A stretch of DNA of 64,000 nucleotides from a virus. The notes below the pieces were generated by a model. The model saw only the letters and a program-made list of their open reading frames with translations, had not been told where the DNA came from and did no database searches. The translations under genes were made by a program, and so were the position numbers. Location of the stretch: the IMG/VR virus record IMGVR_UViG_3300027972_000001, positions 1 through 64,000 of that record; one strand, written 5' to 3'. This document shows positions 38,677-52,000 of this stretch, piece after piece (within the stretch, counting starts at the first letter, position 1; every line of letters begins with the position of its first letter).

Positions 38677-38735
38677 GCTGGTTTGTTTTCGTAAGGTTAG
38701 ATGAGGTAACTCTATTTATCATTGTCTTGATTTTT

Positions 38736-38764
38736 GAGAGGGAGTTACAGCTCCCTCTCTTTTT
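38736..38764 (+). terminator. Intrinsic terminator
   Basis: GAGAGGGAG-TTACAG-CTCCCTCTC followed by TTTTT. Confidence 0.9.
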
Positions 38765-38785
38765 ATTAATTAAATTATAAATAAT

Positions 38786-39067
38786 ATGTATATAGAAATA
38801 TTACACGAAGTAGTTGCTGAATATTTAGCTAAAGAAGGAGATAAGAAAAGTGTTATTACTATTGAACTTACTCCTTTCATATATAAAACATTGCAACTAG
38901 AAATTAATAGTATCAGCACTTTTAATACAACTGTACCTATAGAAGGTTTTACATTTAGTTCTTTAATCTTTTACAAAAGAAGTGTTACTATTATAAATGG
39001 TAAAACATTAGATGATACATTTGAAAGAAAGATGGTTGAACAATTAGCTAAGTTATCTAATAGATAA
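38786..39067 (+). CDS. Hypothetical protein
   Basis: 93 aa. Confidence 0.75.
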   Translation: MYIEILHEVVAEYLAKEGDKKSVITIELTPFIYKTLQLEINSISTFNTTVPIEGFTFSSLIFYKRSVTIINGKTLDDTFERKMVEQLAKLSNR

Positions 39068-39256
39068 ATTAGTACTATTAATACTAAGTCTATAATAAAA
39101 TATAATATTTAGTTTGTTTCAGTCAAAATTTGAACATATTCATGGGCAACTTCCCAAGAGGTAAAGAAATAACAAATTGTCAGCAACCGAAACTATATAA
39201 AAAATTAGCACTTGTTTAATTACATCTAAAATTAATACTAATTAAATATAAAAATT

Positions 39257-40003
39257 ATGGGAATCTCTAAAACCTTCTTTATTGATAATCCTAGTACTAT
39301 TTGTACTACTAATAATCCATATTCCATTATAAATCATTCCACTATAATTAGTCCTGAACTATTAGAAAAAATTAATTCATTTAATTTTGCAGGTGCTTAT
39401 CAGATTTCATCCAATATATTAAATATTATATTATATGTTGGTACTAGTGTTAATATTTTTAAAAGAATTCAACAACATATAAGTGGAATAGTACAAGATG
39501 GAGAATATAGTAATTTTCAACTAAGAGAACATTGTAAAAAGTTTGGAATTGATGATCTAGATTTTGATGTACTTGAAAAATTAGAAAATGGTGATTCAAA
39601 TGATCTCAATTTATTAGAAAGAGAATATAGTGAAAAATTAGAACCTTTATTTAATAGAAACAACAATAGACCGATATATTTATATAATAAAAAATATACA
39701 AATGATTATGAACCTACTGATTACTATGTTAATGATAAAATATTAAATGAATTTGGTAATCCAATAGTAACTAGAAAAAGTATTAATTTTGCTTATGGTA
39801 TAGTTAAAAGAAGAAAGATTCAACCTCTTGATCCAAGGTATGAAGGTTGGACTCCAACATATATTTTATTTGATGAAAACGGAGAGATTACTAGAATAAG
39901 AGGTGATGTTACTAATCTTCCTAAAGTTAAAAAGTTTCATTCTGATACTGAAGTTACTGAAATTACTATTGTTAGAAGAAATATGGGATTTATTGGACGT
40001 TAA
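39257..40003 (+). CDS. GIY-YIG nuclease-domain protein (homing-endonuclease-like)
   Basis: GAYQI...YVGTSVNIFKRIQQH...FDVLE...LERE...PLFN. Confidence 0.8.
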   Translation: MGISKTFFIDNPSTICTTNNPYSIINHSTIISPELLEKINSFNFAGAYQISSNILNIILYVGTSVNIFKRIQQHISGIVQDGEYSNFQLREHCKKFGIDDLDFDVLEKLENGDSNDLNLLEREYSEKLEPLFNRNNNRPIYLYNKKYTNDYEPTDYYVNDKILNEFGNPIVTRKSINFAYGIVKRRKIQPLDPRYEGWTPTYILFDENGEITRIRGDVTNLPKVKKFHSDTEVTEITIVRRNMGFIGR

Positions 40004-40043
40004 AGTACCAGTTTTGAAATAGATTTTAAGTAATCTATAATAT

Positions 40044-40085
40044 AAAAAAATAGCCCTACTATCTTTACTTAGTAGGGCTTCTTCA
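40044..40085. terminator. Terminator hairpin between convergent blocks (probably bidirectional)
   Basis: AAAAAAAT-AGCCCTACTA-N8-TAGTAGGGCT-TCTT. Confidence 0.85.
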
Positions 40086-40098
40086 TTCTTATTATTAT

Positions 40099-43000
40099 CT
40101 ATCCTCGGAAAAGTATATAATACTTATTGGTTTTGTTTATTCGTTGCATCTGTTGTATTTTATTCCAAATCGGCACTAACTTAATAGCATTAACTTTAAT
40201 TTTAAGTTCTTTTGCATATGCACCAGTAACATATCTTCTTTCCTTATCAGTTTGGAAAGGATAGCCAACAAGATTAGATATTAATTTATAAGTATCAAGT
40301 ATAGTACCTTGTACAGCAGCAGGAGATTTTAACATCTTTTGACCTTCATTTATAAGTCCAAATGGAGTAAACATCATTACTTCACTTAATAACTTATCTA
40401 TTTCATAAACACTTAAATCATAAGCAAAGTTTTCATCATCATCATCATCAGGTTTAAGATTCTTTAATATAAGTCCAACAACAAGAACTGTAGCAAGATA
40501 AATATGATCCAATACGGCTCTCTTAACATTACCTTTTTCAAAATCATCTAATGTATTCCAATAAAGACCAATATTAGTAGCAAAATGATGCATATCTTCA
40601 AGTATTCTACCCATCATACCATGAAACTGTTTAGCTTCATCAACATCTAAATATTTATGTCTACTAAATGGACTTGCTAAAAACTTAAATAAACTAACAT
40701 ATGCTCCCTTATTCCATTCATCTCTACTTTCTGTCCAAAAACTCTTCCAAAATTTAGCACCAAATCTTTTATTCCAACCAGGACGAACATGTTTTTTAAA
40801 TTGCATACCCATTCTACCTATAACCCATCTACTTATAGTAGCAGCATCTTCTTTATTATAAATACCTTGTTGTTTTTGAACTACTTTCAATGCTTTAATT
40901 CTAAATAAAGCATATTCATTATCATCTAATTTAGTATTATATTTCTTTCCATCTATTTCAATTTCATCTTTTAAATCGGCATAACCATCGTCATTTAGAT
41001 AAAAAGCATCAATAAGTTTAGGATTAGATTCAAAATTAGTAAAAGTAGTCTTATCTAATTCTTTTTTAGCTTCAACAAATGCATTTCCTTTTATTATAGG
41101 GAGATTTAGTATAAAATCACGAAGATAATCTTTTTTAGACTCTTTAAATTCTTCTTTTTTATATCTTTCTTTTAAATATTCAGCTAAACGTGTTTTTTCA
41201 GTATCATCAAGTATTTTATTTAAAGCATCTATATAATTTTGCTGTTGATATTCAGCTAAAGACATTATTTTACCATTAATAATTCTATGATGATCTAACA
41301 TAGATAAAGTACTAACATTCTGCATATAGTGTTCACCTATATCATTAAGAAAATAAGCAGAACTCCAACTAAGTAAGTTAGATTTTAACATACCAGTTGT
41401 AAAGTCACGTTCATTAGTATTTTGAGCAATATTAAGTTTCTTAATAATTGCATTAGTTAAAGTTCCAGCTTTAGTGCTTCCTAAATTAATAAGCATATCA
41501 GGAATAGCACTCATATACATTTTATCTGCCTTAACTAAATTATTATGTTTAAAATACCATCCAGCAAATGCTTCCAGCTGAACTTGTATTTTACCAATCA
41601 TAACGTTATTAATACCTGCTGTAACATTAAACCACATATTTTTAGCAGATGTAAATTTAAGTAACATATTACCAATGACAGTCCATGCACCTTCATCTAT
41701 ATCAAAATTGCCATAAAATATAGCTTCAAGCCATTCAGCAAAATGTTGTTCAAGATTAGTACCTTCTCCACCAGTAGTTCCTATTACCTCTTTATCTAAT
41801 GCTTTACTACCAGCTTTATTTTTAAGAAGTTCTCTTTTACTATTTCGTTTAGTAAATTCCATATTACGTATCTGATATAAACCAAGATCAAATTCATGTT
41901 TCATATCAGCTTTTACTTTATACATAGTAGCTTCTCTAATAAATTGAGAAAATACTTCTCCAAGATTATAATTTATTTTACCAGCGTGTTCTTCATCATT
42001 AAGTTTTCTAATTCTCTTATTTTCAACATATATAGCACCAAGAGTATTAAATTTACCTTTTCCTGCTACAGCAACATCTTGAATAACTCTTCTTTCGTAA
42101 TCACTTTCTAATTCATCTTTTTCTTTAGGAGCAATCTTAATTTCTTCAGTAGTTCCAAAATAATTTACCATAGGAACAGTAAGAAGATAAACCATTTCAT
42201 TATTTTCTCCTACAAAACTATCACTTTGTTTTCTAGCTTTATGGATATCAATCCAATGTTTAACTTTTTCAGCAATAGTAATATTTTCCTTTTCCTCATT
42301 ACTTAAACTAGGAATAAATCCTCTATTAAGAATAGTAGCTTTACCAAAATAGTCAGTATATTTATCAATTATTTCTACAAACTTTTGATAAAGTTCATCA
42401 TCTTTAATAGCAATCCAAGCTGGATTAAGATATTTATCAGAAGGAACAGACAGTAAACTATCACTTACTAAAAATTGCATTTTACCATCATATTCTCTAA
42501 CATTACGATATTTCCAAGCATTAAATTCAGGAGTACTTAATTCTTCTTGTTTTCTACGAACTAAGTTATTAAATTCTTCCTCAGTTATATTTTGAATTTC
42601 ATTATCTCTATACCATGCATCTCTACCATTATAATAACTTTGACTATTTCTACCATAAGTCTTAATTAAATATTTAAATTTAGCATTTTTATCAGTATAG
42701 AATTTATCCCAATCATATTTTTGAATAAGTTTACCTGTAGGTTTACCATTTTTGCGTTCAAGATACTTATTAAAATCAGCAGTTGTTAAACTAGTAATAT
42801 TACGTCCACCAAAAGTTTTTCTTAATAATGCTTCAAACTTACCAATTTCTTTACTAGATTCATCTTCACCATTTGATACTTTTACCATATATTTTTTGAC
42901 CATTAATGCAGCAAAAGCATTATTAGTATCAGCAAGTGAATCAAGTTTTAGTTGAATAAGATTTTCATCATCACCTATATCTATAATTCTTCTAAGACCG

Positions 43001-46000
43001 GCAACTATTTCAGGATTCTTAGTATATTGGTAAAGATCTCGTTCTTCAAAATCATTCCATAATTTAGCAACTTTAGTTTCAACATTTTTAATACTAGGAA
43101 TTAAGTTTTGAAGTTGTTTTATAAGATCATTAATTACTTTTTCTTCTTCAATAAATTCATTTCCATCTACAGATGTTAAAACATCAAACGAAGTTACCCC
43201 TTTAATAAAAGAAGTTGCCCATTTAATAAAGCCGGTAAACTCTTTTCTAACAACAGGATCACTAATAATAACATTCATATCCATATTTTCAAACTCCTGA
43301 ACTCTAGCTATAATACCACCTTTTCTAGTTTCAGTTTTAGGATCATTAAGATCAAAATCATATTGTTTAAGAACTGTAATTAATCCTTTAGCAAGATTAG
43401 CCAAATCATTTTGACCTATAAGTTTTTGAAAATTTTTATCATTTAAAAGATTGGCAGCATCACTAAGAGTTCCAGCTTTCTTAAATTCTTTAAGAAATTG
43501 TATTCTATTAGCATAACTAGTAGTAGTTTTTTCTATGAATTTATTAGCAGAATCAATAGCATTATTAATACCTTGATTAGTAGAAGAAGTATAAGAAACA
43601 AACTTAATATCTAATTGTCCTTCTTTTTGAGTTTCATTGAGAATTTGTGCTAATGCTCTAGCTTGATTAATATCACTAGTAGCAAATTTATCAGTAAGTA
43701 TTTCATTTTTAACAAGAGATCTTAATTCCTCAATTAGTTCTGGATTTTGTTTAGCCCATTCTCTCCATCCATCTAAATAATATTGCCATTGTTGTTCTCT
43801 AGTTATATCTGTAAGTGCTGGTTTACCTTTACCCTCTTTAATACTATTATATCCTTTAATATCAATTTGATAATGTTCTTCAATTGACATACTACGCATT
43901 AAAGTACTTAATTCTCCAGTGGTATCACTAACTTGCATTAATTTAGCTCCTGGTTTTAAAATAGCATAGAAAGCACTAAATCTTTTGTCTCCAGCACTAG
44001 ATACTTCATATCCTCGTGTACTAAAACGTGACCAATTATATTTATTTTCAATTATAAGTTCATTATCATCTTCAGTAACTTCTCCTTCTTCACTAATTCC
44101 AGTATTACTATCTTTCATTACATCTTGTAAAGTACCAATATACTCATATTCAAACTGAAATAGATCAGTTCTTTTTTCAAGAGGATGTGAAACAGTAATA
44201 TCCCAACCTTCTTTCTTACTCCATTCTTCTCTAGCAGGAAGAGAACTAAGATCAATATGAGTTAATTTTTTAGTAACTTTTACATATTCATCAGTTCCTT
44301 TAAGTCTAATATATGTTCCAACTTTAGCTAATTCCCATTTCTGAGCTTCTCCTGTATCAGCATATCTAGTTGTAGCAGTTCTTTCTCCTGCTCTAACTAA
44401 ATCTAAAGTACTATTATATTGTTCTAATCCATCTCTGAATGCATCATGAGTTCTAGTATAACTCATAGGAAGTGGTTCTTTATATATTACTTCATTAACT
44501 TGTCTTTGTTTTTCAAGAACATTAATTATTCCAATATAATCATCGGGACTTTGTAATTCACTTCCATTGAAATCTTGATTATTATCTTCAAATACACTTT
44601 GCTCTTCATTTTCAGAATATTCAAGTTTATTTATAGGATAATAATAAAATACACCAAATCTATTGCCAAATGTATCTACATTTACAAAATTATCATATCT
44701 TTGAAACAATTGATATTTAACTCCATCTTTAGTTGTTTTTCCTAATTTTATAACTTGTCTTTCTTTAACTCTATTGGCTATACGACCAGTAGGAATATTA
44801 TCAAGAGTTTTAGCAGGTATAGATATTATACCTTGTTTATTTACTTGAAAATATCTAACTTTACCACCTGTTGTTCCATCTTCATTTTGTGTAGTATTAT
44901 CTATATATTTTAATCCACTTGCATCTGGAACAATTTTATCTTCTGTCCAATGAGATTTAATATATCTTTCTTTATAGTTACTATTAAATATAAGTTGGCT
45001 ACCAGCATCTAAATCTGCATCTAAATCTTTTTCATCAAATAATAAACGATTTACAAGATTTAATTTTCCATATAAATGAGTACTTAATCCAATACCTTTT
45101 TCATTATAACTACCTTCCATAAATGGTTCATTACCATAATAGAAAACAGTATTTGGAATTATTTTACTAAATGAACTAAATCCAAATCCAAATCCATTAG
45201 TAATATATTCATATTTAAGTAAATTTCTAGCAACAATTTTTTCAAGTATATTTTCACTATACCAAAGATCATTAAAAGATTGACTTACTTTATCTAGATT
45301 CTCATTATTAATATACTCAACTTTATAATGACGATTACGTTTTAATTCTTGTGCTTGTGTACTAACTTTTAAACTATTAATAATATGATTTTCATCATAT
45401 TTAAGTTGATCATGTAAAAGTATAATTTGATTAGCAAGACTAAGTTGTTCAAAATCAGTAATACTTTCAGGATTTTTTAAATCTAAATTTAAATTTAATT
45501 CAGTATTAATACCAAGAAGAGTTCTTTTTTCTTCAATACTAATATCATTTAACCAAGGAAGATCTTTAAGTAAACTATTATTTAAATAACTAGTAATAGA
45601 TTCAGCTAATTTTTTATCATATTTTTTATCAGTAACATAATCATTTAATTTACTTTTAATAAATCTATATAATTCACTTTGACCAATAAAATATTCTCCA
45701 AATGCTTTGACACTTAATTGATTAGAAAATATAAAAAATTGTTCAAGAGTAGGATAAACACTTGGTTTAGTTAAATTAAAAAATTTAGGAAATATTTGGT
45801 GCATAGCACTTGTATCATTTATTTCAAGTATACCTACCTTTTCAGTTCTATTTATATCAAATTCAAGAGAATGAGTAACATCAAATGTAGGTCCAGCACC
45901 TAGAGTATCAGTATTCAATACATGAGTACCATCAGTAATTGCATCTGAATATGCTTTATAATGTTTAAAAGTTTCAATAATTTGAAGTTGGTAACGAAGA

Positions 46001-49000
46001 TGATTTTCAATTTCTTTAAGTCTATTAGTATCTGGATTTTCACTTGCAAGAATATCATTAATTTCTTGCATATTACCAAAATCATCTAACGTAACTGTAT
46101 TTACATTGTTAAGTAATGTTTCATGATTTAATGTAATTCCTAAATTATTTTTATAACCTAAATAGTCATATTGTTGATTTCTAACTGCATCTTTACCGCC
46201 AATAAAAATTGACTGTTTATTATTAATCTTTTCATCCCAACCTTTATTATGTTCTGCATCACCTTTAATCATTACACGATATAAAAGTGTTTGAAATTTA
46301 CGTTTAGTTTGTTCAATTTCACTACCACGTTTAACATTATTTAAATTAGCAAATAAAGTATTAACAAGATCATGTATAATAGGTTGATTAATAAATGCTG
46401 TACTTACTTTAAATGTAGAACCTAAACTAACAAGCATTTTCCAAATATTAACAGTATATTCATTAACATTTCTTGGAAGAGGAAATGCTACATTATCAAG
46501 AATATTTGCAGTAGTTTGTGCTGAATATGAACTTATGAGTTGTCCTTCAACATTTTTAAAAGTATTATTAGGATTATTATTAATAAATCTATGAGTTACT
46601 ATTGCATATTCTTTAGTATTATTTGTAGTGCCTCTAGTTTCAAATCTAACATCTTTACCATAATTTTCAATAAGTTGTTTTTTCTGTTCAGGATTAACAA
46701 TATATTCAATAATAGGTAGAGTAATGTTATTATTTATATTATTTTTTTCATCTTTGAGTCTTTCTGTAAGATGTATTCTTGCAACTTGAGCAATAGAATT
46801 AAATCTATCTGATGCTAAACTAATACCTTTCAAATCTCTACCTTGATGTGATTTATCTCTATAATGTTGCTGACCATCAAAAGTAAGGTTATTAACTCTT
46901 TGATCAATAACATTGAATTTTTCATCAATCTCTTTTTTAGATTCAGTAATAGATTTAAAGTTAGATGTAGCTATAGTTTCTGCATAATGATATTTATTAG
47001 TTAAAATACCATAATATATATTTAGAATTTGATTTTCTCTAGCTTTTCTAGTATTTTGTTCAAGTATTGGTAAAGAAGATATAATTTCTTTAACTCTAGC
47101 TTTCACATTTATATATTCAACTTTATCTTTAAAATATATATATGCTTCATCACTCATTATTTGAGCAAATACTTCAGCTTTTTCTAAATATAATGCTTTC
47201 TTCTCTTTACCTTTAGCTTTACTAATTCTTTTATTTATAGAATCAATTTTATCAAATTGCGGTTTATGTTTTTTATTAACTTCAGAAGTTTTATCAAGAC
47301 TATCATAATATTCTTGTTTAGCTTCATCTAATGAAGTAACTATATCAATTAATTTATCATTATTTAATTTAAGAGCTAGTATATGAACTAATTGAGAATG
47401 ATCTTCCATTATAGCTTGAGCTCTACTATCAAGATTATTATCTTCTGTATAGGGAATACGTTCTACAGTATATATAGAAGTAGGTTTATTATCAACTATT
47501 TCAGTAGTTACTTTAGTATGCAAATTATATATAAATGCATATACATGATCCATATCAAAATCAGATCCTGTTTGAGTTACAAAATCATCAGGAAGAACAA
47601 TACTTGGACCATTATCATCAGGAAGAAAACCAACAACTTTAAATACATAAGCACTATATTTGGCTTCCATAGGAATACGATAACCAACCATAGTTCTAAC
47701 TTCATCAGATAAAGTATTTATATCAACATATTCTCCATCTTTATAAAATTGTTTTGCCCATCTTGGAAGTAATACTTCAGCTTCTTGTACCATTCCTTCT
47801 TTTTCATCAAAAAGAATAGTAGAACGAAGTTTAATATCATTACGATTAATAACTTTACCAGCAGGATTAGTTTTAACACCTACGCTTTTGTGCCAGTTAA
47901 TTCCATCAATAGATTCAAGATCTGACCATTTAACACCTTGTTTCTTATTCATGAATAAACTAGACATTTGAGCACCATGAAGTCCAGGAAACTTCTGGTT
48001 AGTTACACCATTAGTAAATAATGATGTAAGAATATGTTCACATTGAGCACTTTGAGTATTAAAGAAAATAGGAACTCTGGAATCACCAGTATCTCCAATT
48101 TGAACACTAAATAATAAGTTTTTACTTAAATTACGATCAATTCCTTCTTTTTCAAGAATATCTACAATTACATTATAATCTATATCACCTATAATATTTC
48201 CATCTTTATCAACTCTAACATCAAATGGTAATAAAGTTTTAATAGCACTTTGAAATACATTACTATTAATAAGTTCAAAGTAATGATTTTTTAATTCAAC
48301 GCCATTTAAAGTTTTACCATTGACTATATAATCAACACCAGTATCAGGAATATTTTCTATTATTTTTTTAGCAAATTGTCTACTTAAAGTAATAGTTTCT
48401 TCAAAAATAGCATCAGGAACTTCTAATTGCATACGTAATCCTTCATAATTATAATTACGTTTAGCTTTAATAAGTTCTTTTTCTAAAGTATCATCGTCTA
48501 CTATATTACCATCTTCATCAGCAATAGTTGCAATATATAATGAACCAATTTTTTCAGCACTTCCAAGATTTATTTGAGGAATATCTAATTTTATCATTAT
48601 CTTATTAAGACTATCTAGTTGAAGATCTTTAATAAGAGCTGGTGTTAATATAATCTCTGCATTCTTAACTTGAGTGGGAATCATTTTTTGTAAATCATCA
48701 TTACGATCTATACTATAATAAAAGTTCTTTTGCATAGATGCAAAACGCATAGTATCTTCTCTATTTAATTCTCCACCATTTCTAACTTTATTTAAAATAG
48801 TAGAATACTGTTCAGTTAATCCAAATCCATGAATACGTTTTTCAAATTCATCAAAGGTAACAAATGATACAGCATTAGCACTATCATTAGATAGATATGG
48901 AGAAACTAAATTGTATATTTCTTTTTCTTCAGGTCTAAATAATGTCTGTTCTTTATCATTAATAACTATTTTATTAGTTGATAATTCTTTATCAGTATAG

Positions 49001-52000
49001 ATTTTTTCAAGTCTACTAATACGAACTTTATCTTTATTAATATTAAGAGCATAAAGTAAAGTATTAATTTTATGTCTATATATTTTAGATTTTAATTTAA
49101 CATCAGAAATTGTTGCTCCAGAATAAAATCCTTTATGTACACTTGGAATACCATTTGCGATAATTTGTCTACCACGTTTATTTAAATCAATATTACTCTT
49201 GTAGTCAGCTACACTACCATAAAATAATCTAACTTGTTCTACATTAAAAAGATAAGTATTAAGAGCATATTCAGCAATAGCATTATTAAAATTTTTATCT
49301 TTTAATATAAATGTTTTATCTTCTCTACCTACATTCTCTTTTTTAACATATGCTGTTGTTAAAAAATCTTTATATACACTTAATTTTTCATCAGCAATAT
49401 TAATTTGTTGTGAAATAAAACGTAATATAAATTGTTCTAATCTATTTTTAAAGGTAGAATTAGGATCACCTTCAATAAGTGGAGTATGAATAGCAGAATT
49501 TAAAGAATTAGATAACATTAAATATTTAATAAAATTAGTGTTATTAATAAAAATACTATTAAAAGTAATTTGTTTATTACCCATAGTAACAGTAAGATTA
49601 TTAATATCAAAAATGTTGCCACTACTTGTTGTATCTAATCTATAAGTTCCGTCTGTATCTTTAGTGAAAGTTAAATATTTCTTAACACCATCTTTAAGTT
49701 TATAATGATAAAATAATTGTCCAGATTTAACATCATTTTGAAATTCTTTTTTAAGTACAAATCCAAAATTACCATCATCAATAGCTTTACCATCTTTAAG
49801 TTCAAATAATACTTGTTTTGCAGTATTCATTGCTATTAGTTCATCAATAGCATTTAAATATATTGCTTTAAAAATTGGAATTTCTCTTACTAATTCAAGT
49901 GATTTATTAATATCAGTTTCTTTTTTAGCAAGTAGTAATTTAGTATAGTCTACAAAATTTAATTCAATGATAGGTGCTTCAAATAATCTAGTATTTTTTC
50001 CATCTGAAGGATTTATCATTGGAAAAATAGCTGTAAGTTTTTCATTAACTTCTTTTTTAGTAGTAATTTTACCACCACCAAAATAATAAATTAAATTTCT
50101 TAATGTCCAATCATATTTAGTAAGTTTATGATATTCAGTAGCAATTCCCTCAGTAAGATCTTTGGTACCACTATATCTAAAACTCTTAAAATTACTAAGA
50201 TTAGTAGTATTTATAGTAGTTGCTTTTCTTATTCCGTCTACTATTTTATAATCAAATATACCTCTACCTTTCTTAACAATTTCATTATCTATATATTCAT
50301 CCCCCCATAAAAGAAGAGAGTGTTGATTAGATAGAATTGTTGTATAATTAATTAGAGCATTATAAACACTATCATCACCACCTTCAAGTTTCTTAAAGAA
50401 ATTACTTAAAGAATCTGGTTTATTAGCATCAAACACTAAATTACCAGTAACATTTATATTGCTAAAACTGAAATGATCTTCTCTAAAATATTTAACTTTC
50501 TTAGCTAAACGAAGAAGATTACCAAATTCATTAAATATTGTTTTAGGTGTGGCTTGTAATCTATCAATATAAGGTGTTTCATATAGTTTATATTTTACTC
50601 CAGGAATACCTTTAATATTACGAAGTGGAGTAATTATTCCATTAATAAATTCATTTCTATTGTTTAAATATTCATAATTAATACTATCTAAAGTAATATC
50701 AATTCCAACTAAATAATATAATTGAACTATATTAGCACCAATTTCAGGATCTAATTTAGTAAAATTAGAACTAAGTGTTGCAGTTTCTTTATATAATTTA
50801 TCATAATTTTCAATCCAATCTTTATCATAAAAATTATTTTCACCTCTACTAATAATTAAATTAGCCCATTTATCAGCGATATGATATTCAACTGCATTTC
50901 TATTAACATTAGTTAAGGTAAGTTCTGTAGTTTCATAATCTCCAGTATAGTCAGTTCTAATTAAATCTCTATATGAATCAATAATAGCTTTATCAAAAGA
51001 TACAAACCAAGCATTAAGTAAATCTGGATTATTACTAAGTTCTTTATGAATACTATATAAACTTTTAGCAAATACACTTTCTTTATTAGTAGCATAATTA
51101 AATAATGCGGTAAGCATATCTTCTTTAGTAAGACAACCACGCATTAAATCCATTATCTTATTTCCTCTTTCAGCATAAACAAGAGTATTAGCAAAACCAG
51201 TAGGAGTATTAGTATTAGTTCTCCATATAATTTTACCATCTATTATTTGAATACTATTAGGATCTAATTCATATGTTTTATTAATAAGATTTTTAATTTG
51301 ATCATTTACTGTAATTAAAGGGTTAACAATAACTACATCACTACTATCCCAAGATTTATCAAGTAATTCAACATCTTCTATATACTCTTCTTTTTCATTT
51401 ATTTTATAACCATATTGATTACTTAAATGAATTCTAAAATATTTCCAAAATCTATCATTACTACTAAGTTCTTCAAGAACTTTAGTAATAAGAACTTTTT
51501 GATCATAAGTGAGAGTGCCTTCATTTTTACGAAGAGTAGCTTGTTTAGCTAGTTCTCTAACTAAATCACTTCTAATTGCATTAGGATCAATATCTTTACC
51601 TTTAACTCCTTTATAAGAAGCACTTACTTTTTCAATAAATAAGTTACTAAGAACATTAAGAACATTAACTTCTTGGTCTAATTCAAATGGAGAACCAGTA
51701 AGTTCTTTATTAACAGTAGAAGAATAAGAAATTGATTTAACATCTTTTTCAGAAATTATTGTATGAATTTGTTCAGGTTTGAATACTATATATTCTTTTA
51801 TTTTTATATTAAGATCTGTTGTGTTTAAAATTATACTGTCATATCCTTCTCTTTTAGCTCTTTCTATTACTTGTGGTTTAGTTTCTTTAATATTAATACT
51901 TGGAGTGAAATCTTCTATTAATGGATTAATGATATTTAATACTACTTCAGTAATAAAAGGAGTTCCTGCTCTATATTCAGACATTTTTTTAGCATGTTCT

